Shown here one piece after another: positions 17,162-26,969 of a stretch of 64,000 nt of DNA. The position numbers were made by a program, and so were the translations under genes. Positions within the stretch are counted from its first letter, which is position 1. Every line of letters starts with the position of its first letter. This DNA comes from a virus, in the IMG/VR virus record IMGVR_UViG_3300045988_117450, positions 28,684 to 92,683 of that record; one strand, given 5' to 3'. Under the pieces are notes generated by a model. The model did not search any database, was not told where the DNA came from, and saw only the letters and a list, made by a program, of their open reading frames with translations.

Positions 17162-17917
17162 ATGGGATTAGACGATTTTAAAAAAGATGTAATTAGAGTG
17201 ATGACAAAAGAAGAGTTCGAATCAACGATCAATGAAGATATTAGATTCGTTGAAGGATTAAAGCATTTTTTTAAAAATGATGATGCTACGAGGGTAGTGA
17301 AACATATCGAGTCCGTATTAGAAGCATCAGTGGACTACTATTACTCGAATCATCCTGAACCTGAAGCAGAATCAGGAGACATGGGAGAAGTTTCTGATGG
17401 ATACCATACTTTCAATGAATTGTATCGGTACCGCATGTTGTATAACGCCGCCTTCTTTAATCTATTAGCCAGAAACGGACAGGTTGAAGTTTGCAAATCA
17501 AGGAGACACAGCGACGGAGAAAAATGCTTTGGTTCTGATGACTGGTTTATTGTGATGGCGATCCTACCTACCGGTCAGGTATCTAATCACTATGAAAGCA
17601 AATACTGGGATTTGTTTAATGTTCCTGAAAGAGAAACCGCTTTCGAATACGATGGCCATACACCAAATGAAGCTGCTGATAGGATAGAAAAGTACCTTAA
17701 GTTGCCTTGTTACGGTATGACGTTTGAAAAGGCTTTGGAATCACTCAAATTGGGTCACAAGATAAAGAGAACTGATTGGGGTGAAAAGTATATCCAGATG
17801 TTTGTTTTGGATTCTAACATAACTTTATTAATGGTAGATACAGATCAAAAGTCGGCAACAGAATGGAACCCTTCTAATAACGATATAGTGTCTAACGACT
17901 GGATAGTATTACAATGA
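17162..17917 (+). CDS. hypothetical protein with a C-terminal DUF2829 (Tad2-like) domain (251 aa)
   Basis: C-terminal ~65 aa MTFEKALESLKLGHKIKRTDWGEKYIQ...WNPSNNDIVSNDWIVLQ matches the DUF2829 signature (F.EAL.ALK.GKK..R..W, C-terminal DW.I.) from memory. The N-terminal ~185 aa is a separate unknown domain. Confidence 0.5.
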   Translation: MGLDDFKKDVIRVMTKEEFESTINEDIRFVEGLKHFFKNDDATRVVKHIESVLEASVDYYYSNHPEPEAESGDMGEVSDGYHTFNELYRYRMLYNAAFFNLLARNGQVEVCKSRRHSDGEKCFGSDDWFIVMAILPTGQVSNHYESKYWDLFNVPERETAFEYDGHTPNEAADRIEKYLKLPCYGMTFEKALESLKLGHKIKRTDWGEKYIQMFVLDSNITLLMVDTDQKSATEWNPSNNDIVSNDWIVLQ

Positions 17918-18189
17918 GTTTATTTGTATGTTCAAAATGTGGCTGTATAGATAATACAGCCACGTCCTGTTACTGGGCTCTTATAAGACCTTGTATAAAT
18001 CGTATCTACGATGAATCGCTAAAGGGATATGAAGGTAAGCCTCTTTGTTCTGAATGTGCTGCTATTGAATATGATAAGGAAGACCAACTGGTGGTGGTTC
18101 CTGGAACGTGGCACGGTAAGTTCAAGAAAGAATGGCCTACTGAAGAAGAAAAGAAGCATATTGGTAAAAATGGTATTTTAAATTATTGA
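17914..18189 (+). CDS. hypothetical zinc-ribbon-like protein (91 aa)
   Basis: CSKCGC...CSEC cysteine pairs; start overlaps the upstream stop. Confidence 0.45.
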   Translation: MSLFVCSKCGCIDNTATSCYWALIRPCINRIYDESLKGYEGKPLCSECAAIEYDKEDQLVVVPGTWHGKFKKEWPTEEEKKHIGKNGILNY

Positions 18190-18192
18190 TTT

Positions 18193-18498
18193 ATGTGTGA
18201 TAAGGAAATTGTTATATGCGCAGCTATCTGGGTTAAAGATTACAAGAATAAGCCTCACGGTCCAATAAATATACCATCCGGAACCGTATTTTGTGGATTG
18301 AGACACTGTTCTATAATATCGCAACTTGCTGCATACGGCATAGCCCATAAAAACCGTAGTATTCAAGGATTTTTGACAAGCAAGAACCGGTTTCTAACAA
18401 GAGAGGAAGCATCTGAACTTGTTAGAAACAATAATCAAGAAATGGTAGTAGATAGGAATGCCATTAGAGAACAATTGTATTCGGAAGATTTATATTAA
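18193..18498 (+). CDS. hypothetical protein (101 aa)
   Basis: ORF in the cluster. Confidence 0.45.
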   Translation: MCDKEIVICAAIWVKDYKNKPHGPINIPSGTVFCGLRHCSIISQLAAYGIAHKNRSIQGFLTSKNRFLTREEASELVRNNNQEMVVDRNAIREQLYSEDLY

Positions 18499-18514
18499 CT
18501 AAAAACAAAATAAT

Positions 18515-18871
18515 ATGGGATTTAGAATCAGAAAGTCAATCTTTTATGATATGATGGACGGCAATCAGTTAGAGTACGAATCTGACAACAAGAATTTAGA
18601 TCATATCACATTTAAAGGTGATGGCAAAGAATCTTTTTCATTTAACAGAGTTCTTGTTGAAAATTTAATTGAGACATTTGAGACCATGCAGGATATATAC
18701 TCCGATAATTATAGGCTTAAGGTTTATACTGGTAATTGCATAATTCAATTGAACGCAAATCCAAAGGACCCCAGTAAATCCTTTTTTGACGTATATGATA
18801 GAGATGAGATGAAATTGATATACGGAATAAAGATCAGTATTCTGAAAGAAATGTTTGGCATATGCATATGA
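18515..18871 (+). CDS. hypothetical protein (118 aa)
   Basis: ORF in the cluster. Confidence 0.45.
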   Translation: MGFRIRKSIFYDMMDGNQLEYESDNKNLDHITFKGDGKESFSFNRVLVENLIETFETMQDIYSDNYRLKVYTGNCIIQLNANPKDPSKSFFDVYDRDEMKLIYGIKISILKEMFGICI

Positions 18872-19191
18872 TTACTAAACAAGATATACAAGCAGCAGCA
18901 TCGTATATTTTCCGAAGCAGTTTTGTCTCAGAAAACCAGGCAAGGAAAGTAACGATAAGAGCCGGTAATAAAGCTACCAAGAACCTTGTCAAGACCTTCA
19001 GAGGAAAGTTGTTTAAGAAGGCTTTTGGAAGAGCTCGTAGAGGAAAGGATATCAGTTCTTTTGAAAGACAAGAAAAAGAAAGTGGTTTTAATTTCCTTTA
19101 CAATCTTAATAATAGTCGTATGCGAAGCGGTCATATTATAATAGACGGAATTGGTCTGTTTAAACAAATAATCTATGAAGTTCAACATTAA
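18862..19191 (+). CDS. hypothetical basic protein (109 aa)
   Basis: Start overlaps the upstream gene. Confidence 0.4.
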   Translation: MHMITKQDIQAAASYIFRSSFVSENQARKVTIRAGNKATKNLVKTFRGKLFKKAFGRARRGKDISSFERQEKESGFNFLYNLNNSRMRSGHIIIDGIGLFKQIIYEVQH

Positions 19192-19357
19192 AGGTAAAAA
19201 AGCTGATATTCGTTTAGGCAGAGGTCTGGCGAATCAGATTAAAATAAACAAAACCATCCCAACGTCTCATAAACCAAAAGAAGAACGTAGAATGATGTTT
19301 ATTTGTGGTGATGATATTGCTTCTCTTATAAAGCGGTTTGAAAACGAATCAAAGTAA
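19175..19357 (+). CDS. hypothetical basic small protein (60 aa)
   Basis: Ends just before terminator 19363-19397. Confidence 0.35.
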   Translation: MKFNIKGKKADIRLGRGLANQIKINKTIPTSHKPKEERRMMFICGDDIASLIKRFENESK

Positions 19358-19362
19358 AAAAA

Positions 19363-19397
19363 AAGTCGGACATGTATCTTGTCCGACTTTTTTTATA
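19363..19397. terminator. rho-independent terminator (AAGTCGGACA / TGTCCGACTT, 7-nt loop) flanked by an A9 run upstream and a T-run downstream
   Basis: Perfect 10-bp inverted repeat 19363-19372 / 19380-19389; the A-run/T-run symmetry would let it act in either direction. Confidence 0.6.
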
Positions 19398-19407
19398 TAT
19401 TTGTGGC

Positions 19408-19731
19408 ATGACAAAAGGTTATTATTGGATACCACAAACAGATGAAACGTTAAATGGCAGAAGCTATTACGTGGCTAAGATAGTAGGGGATATCACGTTT
19501 GATACTAAACGAAAAAGAATCGTATTTCAAGCTGATAGGTATTTCCCTGTAGGATCTGTTTTTCATTTTACGCACAATTGCTTCAATTATATCATAACTT
19601 GCCGACTTCGTAAGCCTGGGCTGTGGTATGAGGCAAGGAGGGAAGACTGCGGACCTATTGGACCGGATGATGTGGAAAGGTTCGAATCGGGAAGGTTTAT
19701 TCATAGAAATGGGTACAAATACAATGCATAA
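19408..19731 (+). CDS. hypothetical protein (likely start ATG 19408; the ORF track begins at 19372 inside the terminator stem)
   Basis: The listed ORF begins within the hairpin; the internal ATG giving MTKGYYWIPQ is more plausible. Confidence 0.4.
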   Translation: MTKGYYWIPQTDETLNGRSYYVAKIVGDITFDTKRKRIVFQADRYFPVGSVFHFTHNCFNYIITCRLRKPGLWYEARREDCGPIGPDDVERFESGRFIHRNGYKYNA

Positions 19732-19780
19732 GCGTAACTTGACGATTTGCGTCAGATTATAATTTTTTTTCATATTATTT

Positions 19781-19822
19781 TTAAGCCATCAGACTGAGAA
19801 GTTAGATGGCTTAATTTTTTAT
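19781..19822 (+). terminator. rho-independent terminator (TTAAGCCATC / GATGGCTTAA, 14-nt loop, T6)
   Basis: Perfect 10-bp inverted repeat followed by TTTTTT, downstream of 19408..19731. Confidence 0.55.
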
Positions 19823-19841
19823 GATATGCTTGATTTTTGGC

Positions 19842-19849
19842 TACCTTTG
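19842..19849 (+). promoter_or_regulatory. -7 box TAccTTTG for giant gene 2
   Basis: Exact TAnnTTTG match 23 nt upstream of ATG 19873; short leader. Confidence 0.4.
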
Positions 19850-19872
19850 TCTCATAACAAAAATGTTTTATC

Positions 19873-22800
19873 ATGGTATCAACGTGTATTATTAAAAGAG
19901 ATAATAAAAAGAAAGTTGTTTCTGTCTCTACCAGATCAGGGGACAGGTCTATGTTATTCGATAAGATAGCATCTATTCCTCTTATGGAAAATAGGGAACG
20001 GGCTACTACTGTTTTTAAAACCGTATTTTCTAATAAGTTCTTAAAGGCTTTTGGTGACTGGAGAAGGAATGTGCCTATCAACAAACAGGCTTACAATAAG
20101 GTAAAATCTAACATCGGCCTTATTCCAGAGACCTATAGAGAAAGGGTGCTGGATAAGGCTTCTAAGATGAGCAACCCTATTCTTGTGTCGAAATCAGATG
20201 CACCTTATGGGATTCAAGAATCAGGCTTTGGATTCTATAGCCAAGATCTGGGTGATAATATTATGTTGGTGGATGCTATGGTTCCGTCAAGGATCTCCGT
20301 GCCGGAAGAACCAGGAATAGACTCAGGGCAGTATCTACAAGATGCTATATCTTCGGACTTCACTCCCGTATCTATGGTACAGGATAATGATGTTAATTAT
20401 ATGGTTATAAAAGACGGTCTTAAGATATTTAGTCCAGAAGAGCTACCAGAAACAGATTCTAATCCTGTGGGTGTAACGTATCAGACTGGAGAACCTCGTT
20501 TGTTTTTTATGAATGATCGTAATCAATTATTTGAAGATTACGGAGAAGCTCTTCGCTCTGGCGGGAATGATATCAGAATAGGATTCTTATCTGGCACCGT
20601 TCAAGAATCTGCCTGGGATGGCGTGGCAGACATTACTTACAAGGCTGGAAAGTATGTCCTTAACAACCCCAAATCTTTTATACCTGTTATGACCGCCTCT
20701 GCTTCCACTTCTTTATCAACAAAAGGTGGGATAATAAACTACCTTATAAAGAAAGGTCTTTTGTCAGGATCCAAGATATTCGATCCGGAAACAAGAAGCT
20801 ATTATCTTACAGGAGAAGGACATGCAGGACAAATTAGACTTTTCAATTCAGCCTTAGCTTATACCGAACTTCGTAATCATTTCAGTTCTGATGTTTCCAT
20901 GAATGATCAAGGCATGATAACCATAAATTCATTGGATAATAGTAAGGTGACTATGAGACTCGCCACCGGAGGAACAGAAAGAGTTAGCAAGGAGCAGATA
21001 AAGAGCGATCTTAAGTCTGGAAGATACAATGAATTGGATGCTAAATACGATCACTTTGATGCGCTTGTAGTTTCATTTATATTAGAAGACAATGATCTTT
21101 ATGCTGATACTAAAGCTAAGATAGTATCGGATTATAGCCAAGAGGAACGTAATCAACGAAATTCTATTGTTGAGATACTGAAAACGCTGGGCGTTAGTGT
21201 CGTTGGCATGACCGATTATATAGAGAAGTACCAAACTAAATACGGACACGAACCTTCTGCTAAAGCATTGGCGGATATTGCCAATAACGTAATAGCAGTC
21301 GGTGAAGATGCTACTTTGTCTGACTTAGTAGAAGAAACAGCCCACTTCCTTGTAGAGGCGTACAGAGATCAGAATGCTGTTGAATCTGTTTTGCAAGACG
21401 TAGAAGGCACTGAAGAATGGAATCAGTATGCAAATCAGTATTATAATACATACGGTAAGGTATATGAAGGAACTGAACTTGACAATGTAGTTAGGAAAGA
21501 AATTCTTGGAAAGATCCTTGCCAGGGAGATGCAGGACAGAACGGCGCCCATAGAGCCCACCTCCTTCCTGGGACGCGTCCGGCAGCTTCTCTCTGGAATC
21601 GTAAACTGGCTTAAATCAGCTTTATCTACCCAAAGACAAGATTTGAATAACGTTATTAAAAACATTCGTGATCTTGCTATTACCGACATAGATAAAGGAT
21701 TTGATACTTCTCTTTTAAAGGATAATGATTTTACATTATACTCTCTTTCCTCTATGAACAAGAACAAGTTTCTTGAGTCTAAGATCCGGGCATTGAGAAA
21801 AACATTGAGAGACTTACGTCAGATAAGCTCTGATAGGGCTGTAACTACATCTATGACCCTTGCTCAACTTAAGACCATAGAAGATAAGATAAATAAGGTA
21901 GAGACCGAAATAGACAAAAATGAGATGGCGGCTGCCATGAATAGCATGATCTCCACAGCCGAAGCTCAGGTCAGATACTTAAGCAATGTAGTAAATACTA
22001 TCCTTCATGGTGATACCAAAGACGGTAAACTTCATTTCAATACCAATGATCGAAAGAACGTAGATATTATCAACAATCAGGTTCTTCCGATCATGAACGA
22101 TCTTCGAGGATATATCCGTAACAGAAGTACCGAATTTGACGAACGTGAAAAGCAAGATTATACAAATAGGATCAATACCGTCATTGCCGACATCAATGGT
22201 ATTCAGTCTGATATTAAATCAGTACAAGATCTTGATGAAAGTACGTTGCTTGACAAGTTAATGAACGAACTTCATGTGCCGGCAGATAAGGTAAAGAAAG
22301 TAAAAGAGTTCTTTGATAAAGTCCAACACGATGTGTCCTGGATAAGTAGGTGGTTTGGTATATTAGAACATTCTTCCAGCCCGTTTAATAACGCTCTTGG
22401 AGCTATGATTGCCAAAGACAATTATAATGCGATGGTGAATGCCCAGCCAGCCATATCCGACTTCCTGGCATATGCGAAAAAACATGGTTTCAATAAATCT
22501 GAATTTGAAAAACTGCTTCAGAAAGTAGACGGCAAGACTTCTAATTATCTTCGTAGTGCTCTTGATATGGCTAAATACGATCGTAATAAGAAGCTGGCGC
22601 AGATGCGAGCGTTTGCAACTGCCATGAACATAGAGATATCAGAAGAAGAAATCAATGATGTGGTTGACAATAACCGTAATTATGTGTTTAAAAGAGAAGT
22701 AGTTGACAAGGACGGAAATACGGTTACTGAGAACGCTAAATTCAAACCTTCTTCTGATAGGGTTAATACCGACATCTTTACCATCGAGCAGGAAAGGATT

Positions 22801-25800
22801 TATACAGAACAGATGGAGAAGTGGGATGCTGAAAATTCAGAACTGGAATTTAGTGAAAGTTATGCCACAAGAATGGAATCCATATACAAAAAGGCTGAAG
22901 AAGAATTGGGGTATCCGGTTTCTCAAACAACTAAAGAATATCTTAATGCTCTTTCCCGGCAAAAACGGATATTGAGGCAACCTTTTATTGATAGCAATGG
23001 TAATTTTGATGAAGTTGCTTACTTCAAGAGCAGTAATTATGAAGAAGAAGGACTGCTTCGTAAACAACGTAAGGAAGCAGCTTCAGAATACATATATGTA
23101 GGAACCAGAAGAGTCGATAAAACCGGTGATCAACTCAAGATGGCTAAAGAAATACAAGCTATAAATGAAGTATGGAGAAAAGAATCAAATAATGTTACTA
23201 ATGCCGTATCAGAATCATTTTTGGAAAGATTGAGAACGATTCAGCGTGAGTCTGGAGGGGAGGCTGCACTGAGAACGCTTATGTTAGGAGGACACCTGGC
23301 TTTTAATGATCAGTTTTGGAATGATATAGAGTCAGATCAGTCGGCACGCACCGAATCAAACAACAAGGCTTCGTATCTTAAAATGGCGCATGATATCATT
23401 AATTCTACGACAAGTGATAGAGATGCGACAGACGTAGAAGCTATTGTGAAAGATATAGAAAAAAACAGGGCTATCATCAAGGAAATAATTGGGAATAACC
23501 GCGATGTGGCTGACATCGGAGAAATCAATGAAGCGACATTTACCTCATCTGAAAGAGATGCTTTTAGGGCTGCATCTGAAGCTATTGAAACCGACTACGC
23601 TATTTTAATAGATTATGCTAAGATGGTGGGTCTTGAAGATATTGATAAATACCTTACTAAAAGCAGTAAGGCTGAAAACGAAGTCAATCAATCTTATTTA
23701 AATGCTCTTGCTGACTCCAAGGAAGTGGAATGGAAGTTTGTGCAACGTCATACTACGGCAAAGAAAGCAAAAAGGATTCAAGCCTTAAGGGATAAACTAT
23801 TTAAGGCTGCTGATAACCGATATTTGTTTACTGTATCTGAAACCAACTACTTGTCAGAAAAGCTTGGAATAAGCAAAGAATTAGACGGTAGAGATTTTAG
23901 GAATGCTGTCAATACTAAGATGGCCAGCTTGTTTTTAAATAACACAAGAGAATCAGGTATAGAAGAGGCTAATGCTATTGTTAATGAATTTGCCAGAAGT
24001 CAAGTCTTTTCATATTACAAACGCATGGCTCCTACCGGATATGCGGCTATGCTTGGTAAAATAGGTCGAGGTGAGATAGACGTGGCACAGATGGTTAAAG
24101 ACGTACAGAACGGGACATCCACACAAGATTATGGTATGAATATATCGTACCTGTCTTTCGACCCTGCAAGAGCGTGGGTGGCTGAATCTGAAGCTGAAAA
24201 TAGCGGTCGTAACCCAGATTATGTAAAAGATCATGGGTATGGTTATCGTATGCCCAAGAAGAGCCTGTATCGTGATGAATCGTATTTCAATGACTTCGGC
24301 ATTAGATATGATGCTGATGGTAATGAGATTGCTACTAAAAACGTAGAGCAATGGAATATGATTCAAAAACTTAAGGAAATAAAAAGACAATCCCTTTCCT
24401 TATACAAAGAGCAGAGCCCCAATTTGTATGCTATTCCACAGATATCCAAACAAGATATAGAACGTATGGAGGGATTGGGTATCAACTTCAAAAATACGGT
24501 TCGTAATTTTGTATCAGATCTCTGTCTGGACAGAGTAGACGATTCTCTATACGGTAAAACCAGACAAGGGGAAGTATATGATCCAGAAGATAGGATTAGG
24601 TCTATACCTAAATACTACATATATGAATTAGAGAACCAAGATGACGTATCTCATGATTTTGGTTATTCTTATTCGATGCTTATGATGCAATCATCGTTAT
24701 ACAACGAAAAGCAGAAGTCTATAGAGCTTGCCCAAGGACTGGAGCAGATGTTACTGAATAAGCAATTTGAAGGCGGTAAGAAAGCTGAGGCAACTCAAGC
24801 ATACCAGATGTTTAGAGACTTCTTTAATGACCATTATTATGGCATTAGGATGAACACCAAGAAACTTACGGTTAACATCGGTGGATACACGATAGATCTT
24901 ACAAGAATTATGATGGCCGTTGAAAGGTTTATGTCGGTCATGAACTTAGCGCTGTCCCCGTTTGTGGCAGCTACCGGCGCTCTGACAGGTCATATTAACC
25001 TCATCATGGAATCTGCCGTAGGACAATATATAAGCAAAGATTCCCTTAAATATGCATCGGCTGAGTTTTCACGTCTTGCGCCATCTTGTATAGCAGAAAC
25101 CGGAGACATAGATAGAAAAAGCAAATTATATGTCATAGGTGAGAGAATGGGGATATTCAATATCCGAAATCGTATGTATGGTGCCGGATATAATAGGGTG
25201 GCCCGGACCTTAATGCGTTCACCGATGTATGCTTTTATGGAAATCATGAACTACCCTCTTGATCCGCAGGTTATGATCGCTACTATGGATAACGTTCGTT
25301 ATTACAAAGGTCGGTTCTACACGTTCCAGGATTTCAAGATGGAAAAAGAACGCAATAAAGAACAGAGCACCATAAAAAGAGAATGGGATGCATTAAAAGA
25401 TCGTACTTTATGGAGTATGGTAGATGTCGTAGACGGCAAGGTGGTTGTGAAACCAGGATCGGGTGTTACTGTTGAGGAGGTTGAAACTCAGATGGCTATA
25501 ACCCGAAATCAGGTTCGTAGCCTGTCTCAGATATGTAACGGATCTTTGAATGAAGAAAACCGGACCGCCGCATCCCGCAACTGGATAGCCAGGTTCATGA
25601 CTGCCCACCGAGGATGGCTGGTGCTGGCGGCTCAACGTCTGTGGAAAAGAAGGGGATTCAATTTCCAGACAATGCAAGAAGAGGAAGGGCTGTCAATTAC
25701 GTTAAAGAATATGATAGCTAAAACATTTAGCTTAGCTTCCGAGCCTGGTATGAAAAATATCATAGATGCCTGGAACGAAAATAAAGATAAGATGGGTGAG

Positions 25801-26289
25801 GTGGAAAAGACTAATCTTAAACGCCTCAGTGTTTATGCCGGCACGTTCCTCATCATGCAGGCCGTGTCTATGCTTCTTGCCGGATGGCGTGATGATGATG
25901 AAAACGAGGAAAGCTGGCTTACTCAATTCGGATCCTATGTAGGATTCAGAACCATAAATGAAATAGCATCTCAGATGCCGTTTATTATGGAGCTTAATGT
26001 GGTGGATATCATTAATGACCCTTTTGTTATGGGACGGAAACTGAAGGATCTCACCGATCTCAGGAACTACTCACTTGATAAAGTAACATCTGGTACATAC
26101 AAAGGTGAGTCTAAGTTATTTAGACAACTCGCTAAACAGACGTTTATCAAACAATGGTATAACATTAAGACGCCGGAAGACGTAGCACGTGCCTATAACT
26201 GGTGGCAGCAGACGAACAACAAGTCAATGATGTTTTTCATCGGTGCCACTCCTGATTCAGAAGGAGACGATGATGTGAGCTACAAGTAG
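19873..26289 (+). CDS. giant hypothetical protein (2138 aa); probable virion, tail or ejected protein, function unknown
   Basis: 6.4-kb ATG ORF, coiled-coil-rich, contains in-frame GC-rich islands (21530-21596, 25558-25645); terminator 26427-26470 downstream. No RNAP DxDGD motif (only YDADGN). Confidence 0.6.
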   Translation: MVSTCIIKRDNKKKVVSVSTRSGDRSMLFDKIASIPLMENRERATTVFKTVFSNKFLKAFGDWRRNVPINKQAYNKVKSNIGLIPETYRERVLDKASKMSNPILVSKSDAPYGIQESGFGFYSQDLGDNIMLVDAMVPSRISVPEEPGIDSGQYLQDAISSDFTPVSMVQDNDVNYMVIKDGLKIFSPEELPETDSNPVGVTYQTGEPRLFFMNDRNQLFEDYGEALRSGGNDIRIGFLSGTVQESAWDGVADITYKAGKYVLNNPKSFIPVMTASASTSLSTKGGIINYLIKKGLLSGSKIFDPETRSYYLTGEGHAGQIRLFNSALAYTELRNHFSSDVSMNDQGMITINSLDNSKVTMRLATGGTERVSKEQIKSDLKSGRYNELDAKYDHFDALVVSFILEDNDLYADTKAKIVSDYSQEERNQRNSIVEILKTLGVSVVGMTDYIEKYQTKYGHEPSAKALADIANNVIAVGEDATLSDLVEETAHFLVEAYRDQNAVESVLQDVEGTEEWNQYANQYYNTYGKVYEGTELDNVVRKEILGKILAREMQDRTAPIEPTSFLGRVRQLLSGIVNWLKSALSTQRQDLNNVIKNIRDLAITDIDKGFDTSLLKDNDFTLYSLSSMNKNKFLESKIRALRKTLRDLRQISSDRAVTTSMTLAQLKTIEDKINKVETEIDKNEMAAAMNSMISTAEAQVRYLSNVVNTILHGDTKDGKLHFNTNDRKNVDIINNQVLPIMNDLRGYIRNRSTEFDEREKQDYTNRINTVIADINGIQSDIKSVQDLDESTLLDKLMNELHVPADKVKKVKEFFDKVQHDVSWISRWFGILEHSSSPFNNALGAMIAKDNYNAMVNAQPAISDFLAYAKKHGFNKSEFEKLLQKVDGKTSNYLRSALDMAKYDRNKKLAQMRAFATAMNIEISEEEINDVVDNNRNYVFKREVVDKDGNTVTENAKFKPSSDRVNTDIFTIEQERIYTEQMEKWDAENSELEFSESYATRMESIYKKAEEELGYPVSQTTKEYLNALSRQKRILRQPFIDSNGNFDEVAYFKSSNYEEEGLLRKQRKEAASEYIYVGTRRVDKTGDQLKMAKEIQAINEVWRKESNNVTNAVSESFLERLRTIQRESGGEAALRTLMLGGHLAFNDQFWNDIESDQSARTESNNKASYLKMAHDIINSTTSDRDATDVEAIVKDIEKNRAIIKEIIGNNRDVADIGEINEATFTSSERDAFRAASEAIETDYAILIDYAKMVGLEDIDKYLTKSSKAENEVNQSYLNALADSKEVEWKFVQRHTTAKKAKRIQALRDKLFKAADNRYLFTVSETNYLSEKLGISKELDGRDFRNAVNTKMASLFLNNTRESGIEEANAIVNEFARSQVFSYYKRMAPTGYAAMLGKIGRGEIDVAQMVKDVQNGTSTQDYGMNISYLSFDPARAWVAESEAENSGRNPDYVKDHGYGYRMPKKSLYRDESYFNDFGIRYDADGNEIATKNVEQWNMIQKLKEIKRQSLSLYKEQSPNLYAIPQISKQDIERMEGLGINFKNTVRNFVSDLCLDRVDDSLYGKTRQGEVYDPEDRIRSIPKYYIYELENQDDVSHDFGYSYSMLMMQSSLYNEKQKSIELAQGLEQMLLNKQFEGGKKAEATQAYQMFRDFFNDHYYGIRMNTKKLTVNIGGYTIDLTRIMMAVERFMSVMNLALSPFVAATGALTGHINLIMESAVGQYISKDSLKYASAEFSRLAPSCIAETGDIDRKSKLYVIGERMGIFNIRNRMYGAGYNRVARTLMRSPMYAFMEIMNYPLDPQVMIATMDNVRYYKGRFYTFQDFKMEKERNKEQSTIKREWDALKDRTLWSMVDVVDGKVVVKPGSGVTVEEVETQMAITRNQVRSLSQICNGSLNEENRTAASRNWIARFMTAHRGWLVLAAQRLWKRRGFNFQTMQEEEGLSITLKNMIAKTFSLASEPGMKNIIDAWNENKDKMGEVEKTNLKRLSVYAGTFLIMQAVSMLLAGWRDDDENEESWLTQFGSYVGFRTINEIASQMPFIMELNVVDIINDPFVMGRKLKDLTDLRNYSLDKVTSGTYKGESKLFRQLAKQTFIKQWYNIKTPEDVARAYNWWQQTNNKSMMFFIGATPDSEGDDDVSYK

Positions 26290-26426
26290 ACGAAGAATAT
26301 TGGGCTTATATTACTACAATATGGCTCTAATATGCTATCTTAGCATTGTCAAAGAGTAGACTATACGTTTTTTTGTTCTTACTTTAAAGGTTATGTAGGT
26401 TTAATTTTTTCTGAAATTGTTTTCTT

Positions 26427-26470
26427 ACCAGTTCTCAGTCAGCGATGATAGAGAACTGGTTTCTTTTGTT
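26427..26470 (+). terminator. rho-independent terminator (ACCAGTTCTC / GAGAACTGGT, 14-nt loop, T-rich tail)
   Basis: Perfect 10-bp inverted repeat 26427-26436 / 26451-26460 followed by TTCTTTTGTT. Confidence 0.55.
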
Positions 26471-26480
26471 ATGAAAAAAA

Positions 26481-26969
26481 ATGCTATCTTGCAAAAAAAA
26501 TAAAATAATGAGAAGAAGGTTTTTGTCATATGATTTATTTCAGACGATAATTCCCGTTTTCGCCGTTAGTATATCTGCACCTCTTTCCACTTGGAAAAAT
26601 GCCGTTCATATACTTACCACAAGATCGAGGGAAAGTGGTGGTATAAATGTTGGAAAATATGCGGTTGATATTGCCAGTTCCAATTACGTGTGTACTATGG
26701 GAGATACCCAGAGTATAGATTGCCATATGACTCCATCCGGTTCCGGCATCAATTGCTATTTCAATAATGGAAATGTCACAGGGGATATTTATCTTACATT
26801 TTATCTGGAGGATGTTCTGTACTATTTCTATATAACAGATAAGACAAACGATTCAGATCTTCGTCCTCAACTTTCTATGGATGTTGATAAATATTTTATA
26901 GATACTATACATATAATAAAGACAATAAGTGATTTTGTTGCACCTGATACTTACTTAAAAGGAATATGA
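26481..26969 (+). CDS. hypothetical protein with an N-terminal hydrophobic/signal-like segment (162 aa)
   Basis: ATG ORF; stop TGA overlaps the ATG of the next (frameshifted) gene as ATGA. Confidence 0.5.
   Translation: MLSCKKNKIMRRRFLSYDLFQTIIPVFAVSISAPLSTWKNAVHILTTRSRESGGINVGKYAVDIASSNYVCTMGDTQSIDCHMTPSGSGINCYFNNGNVTGDIYLTFYLEDVLYYFYITDKTNDSDLRPQLSMDVDKYFIDTIHIIKTISDFVAPDTYLKGI

Noticed and set aside
166-26289. Virion RNA polymerase (crAss-like) assignment for the giant ORFs
   Set aside because: No DxDGD / NADFDGD-type catalytic motif was found by eye, so no function is claimed.
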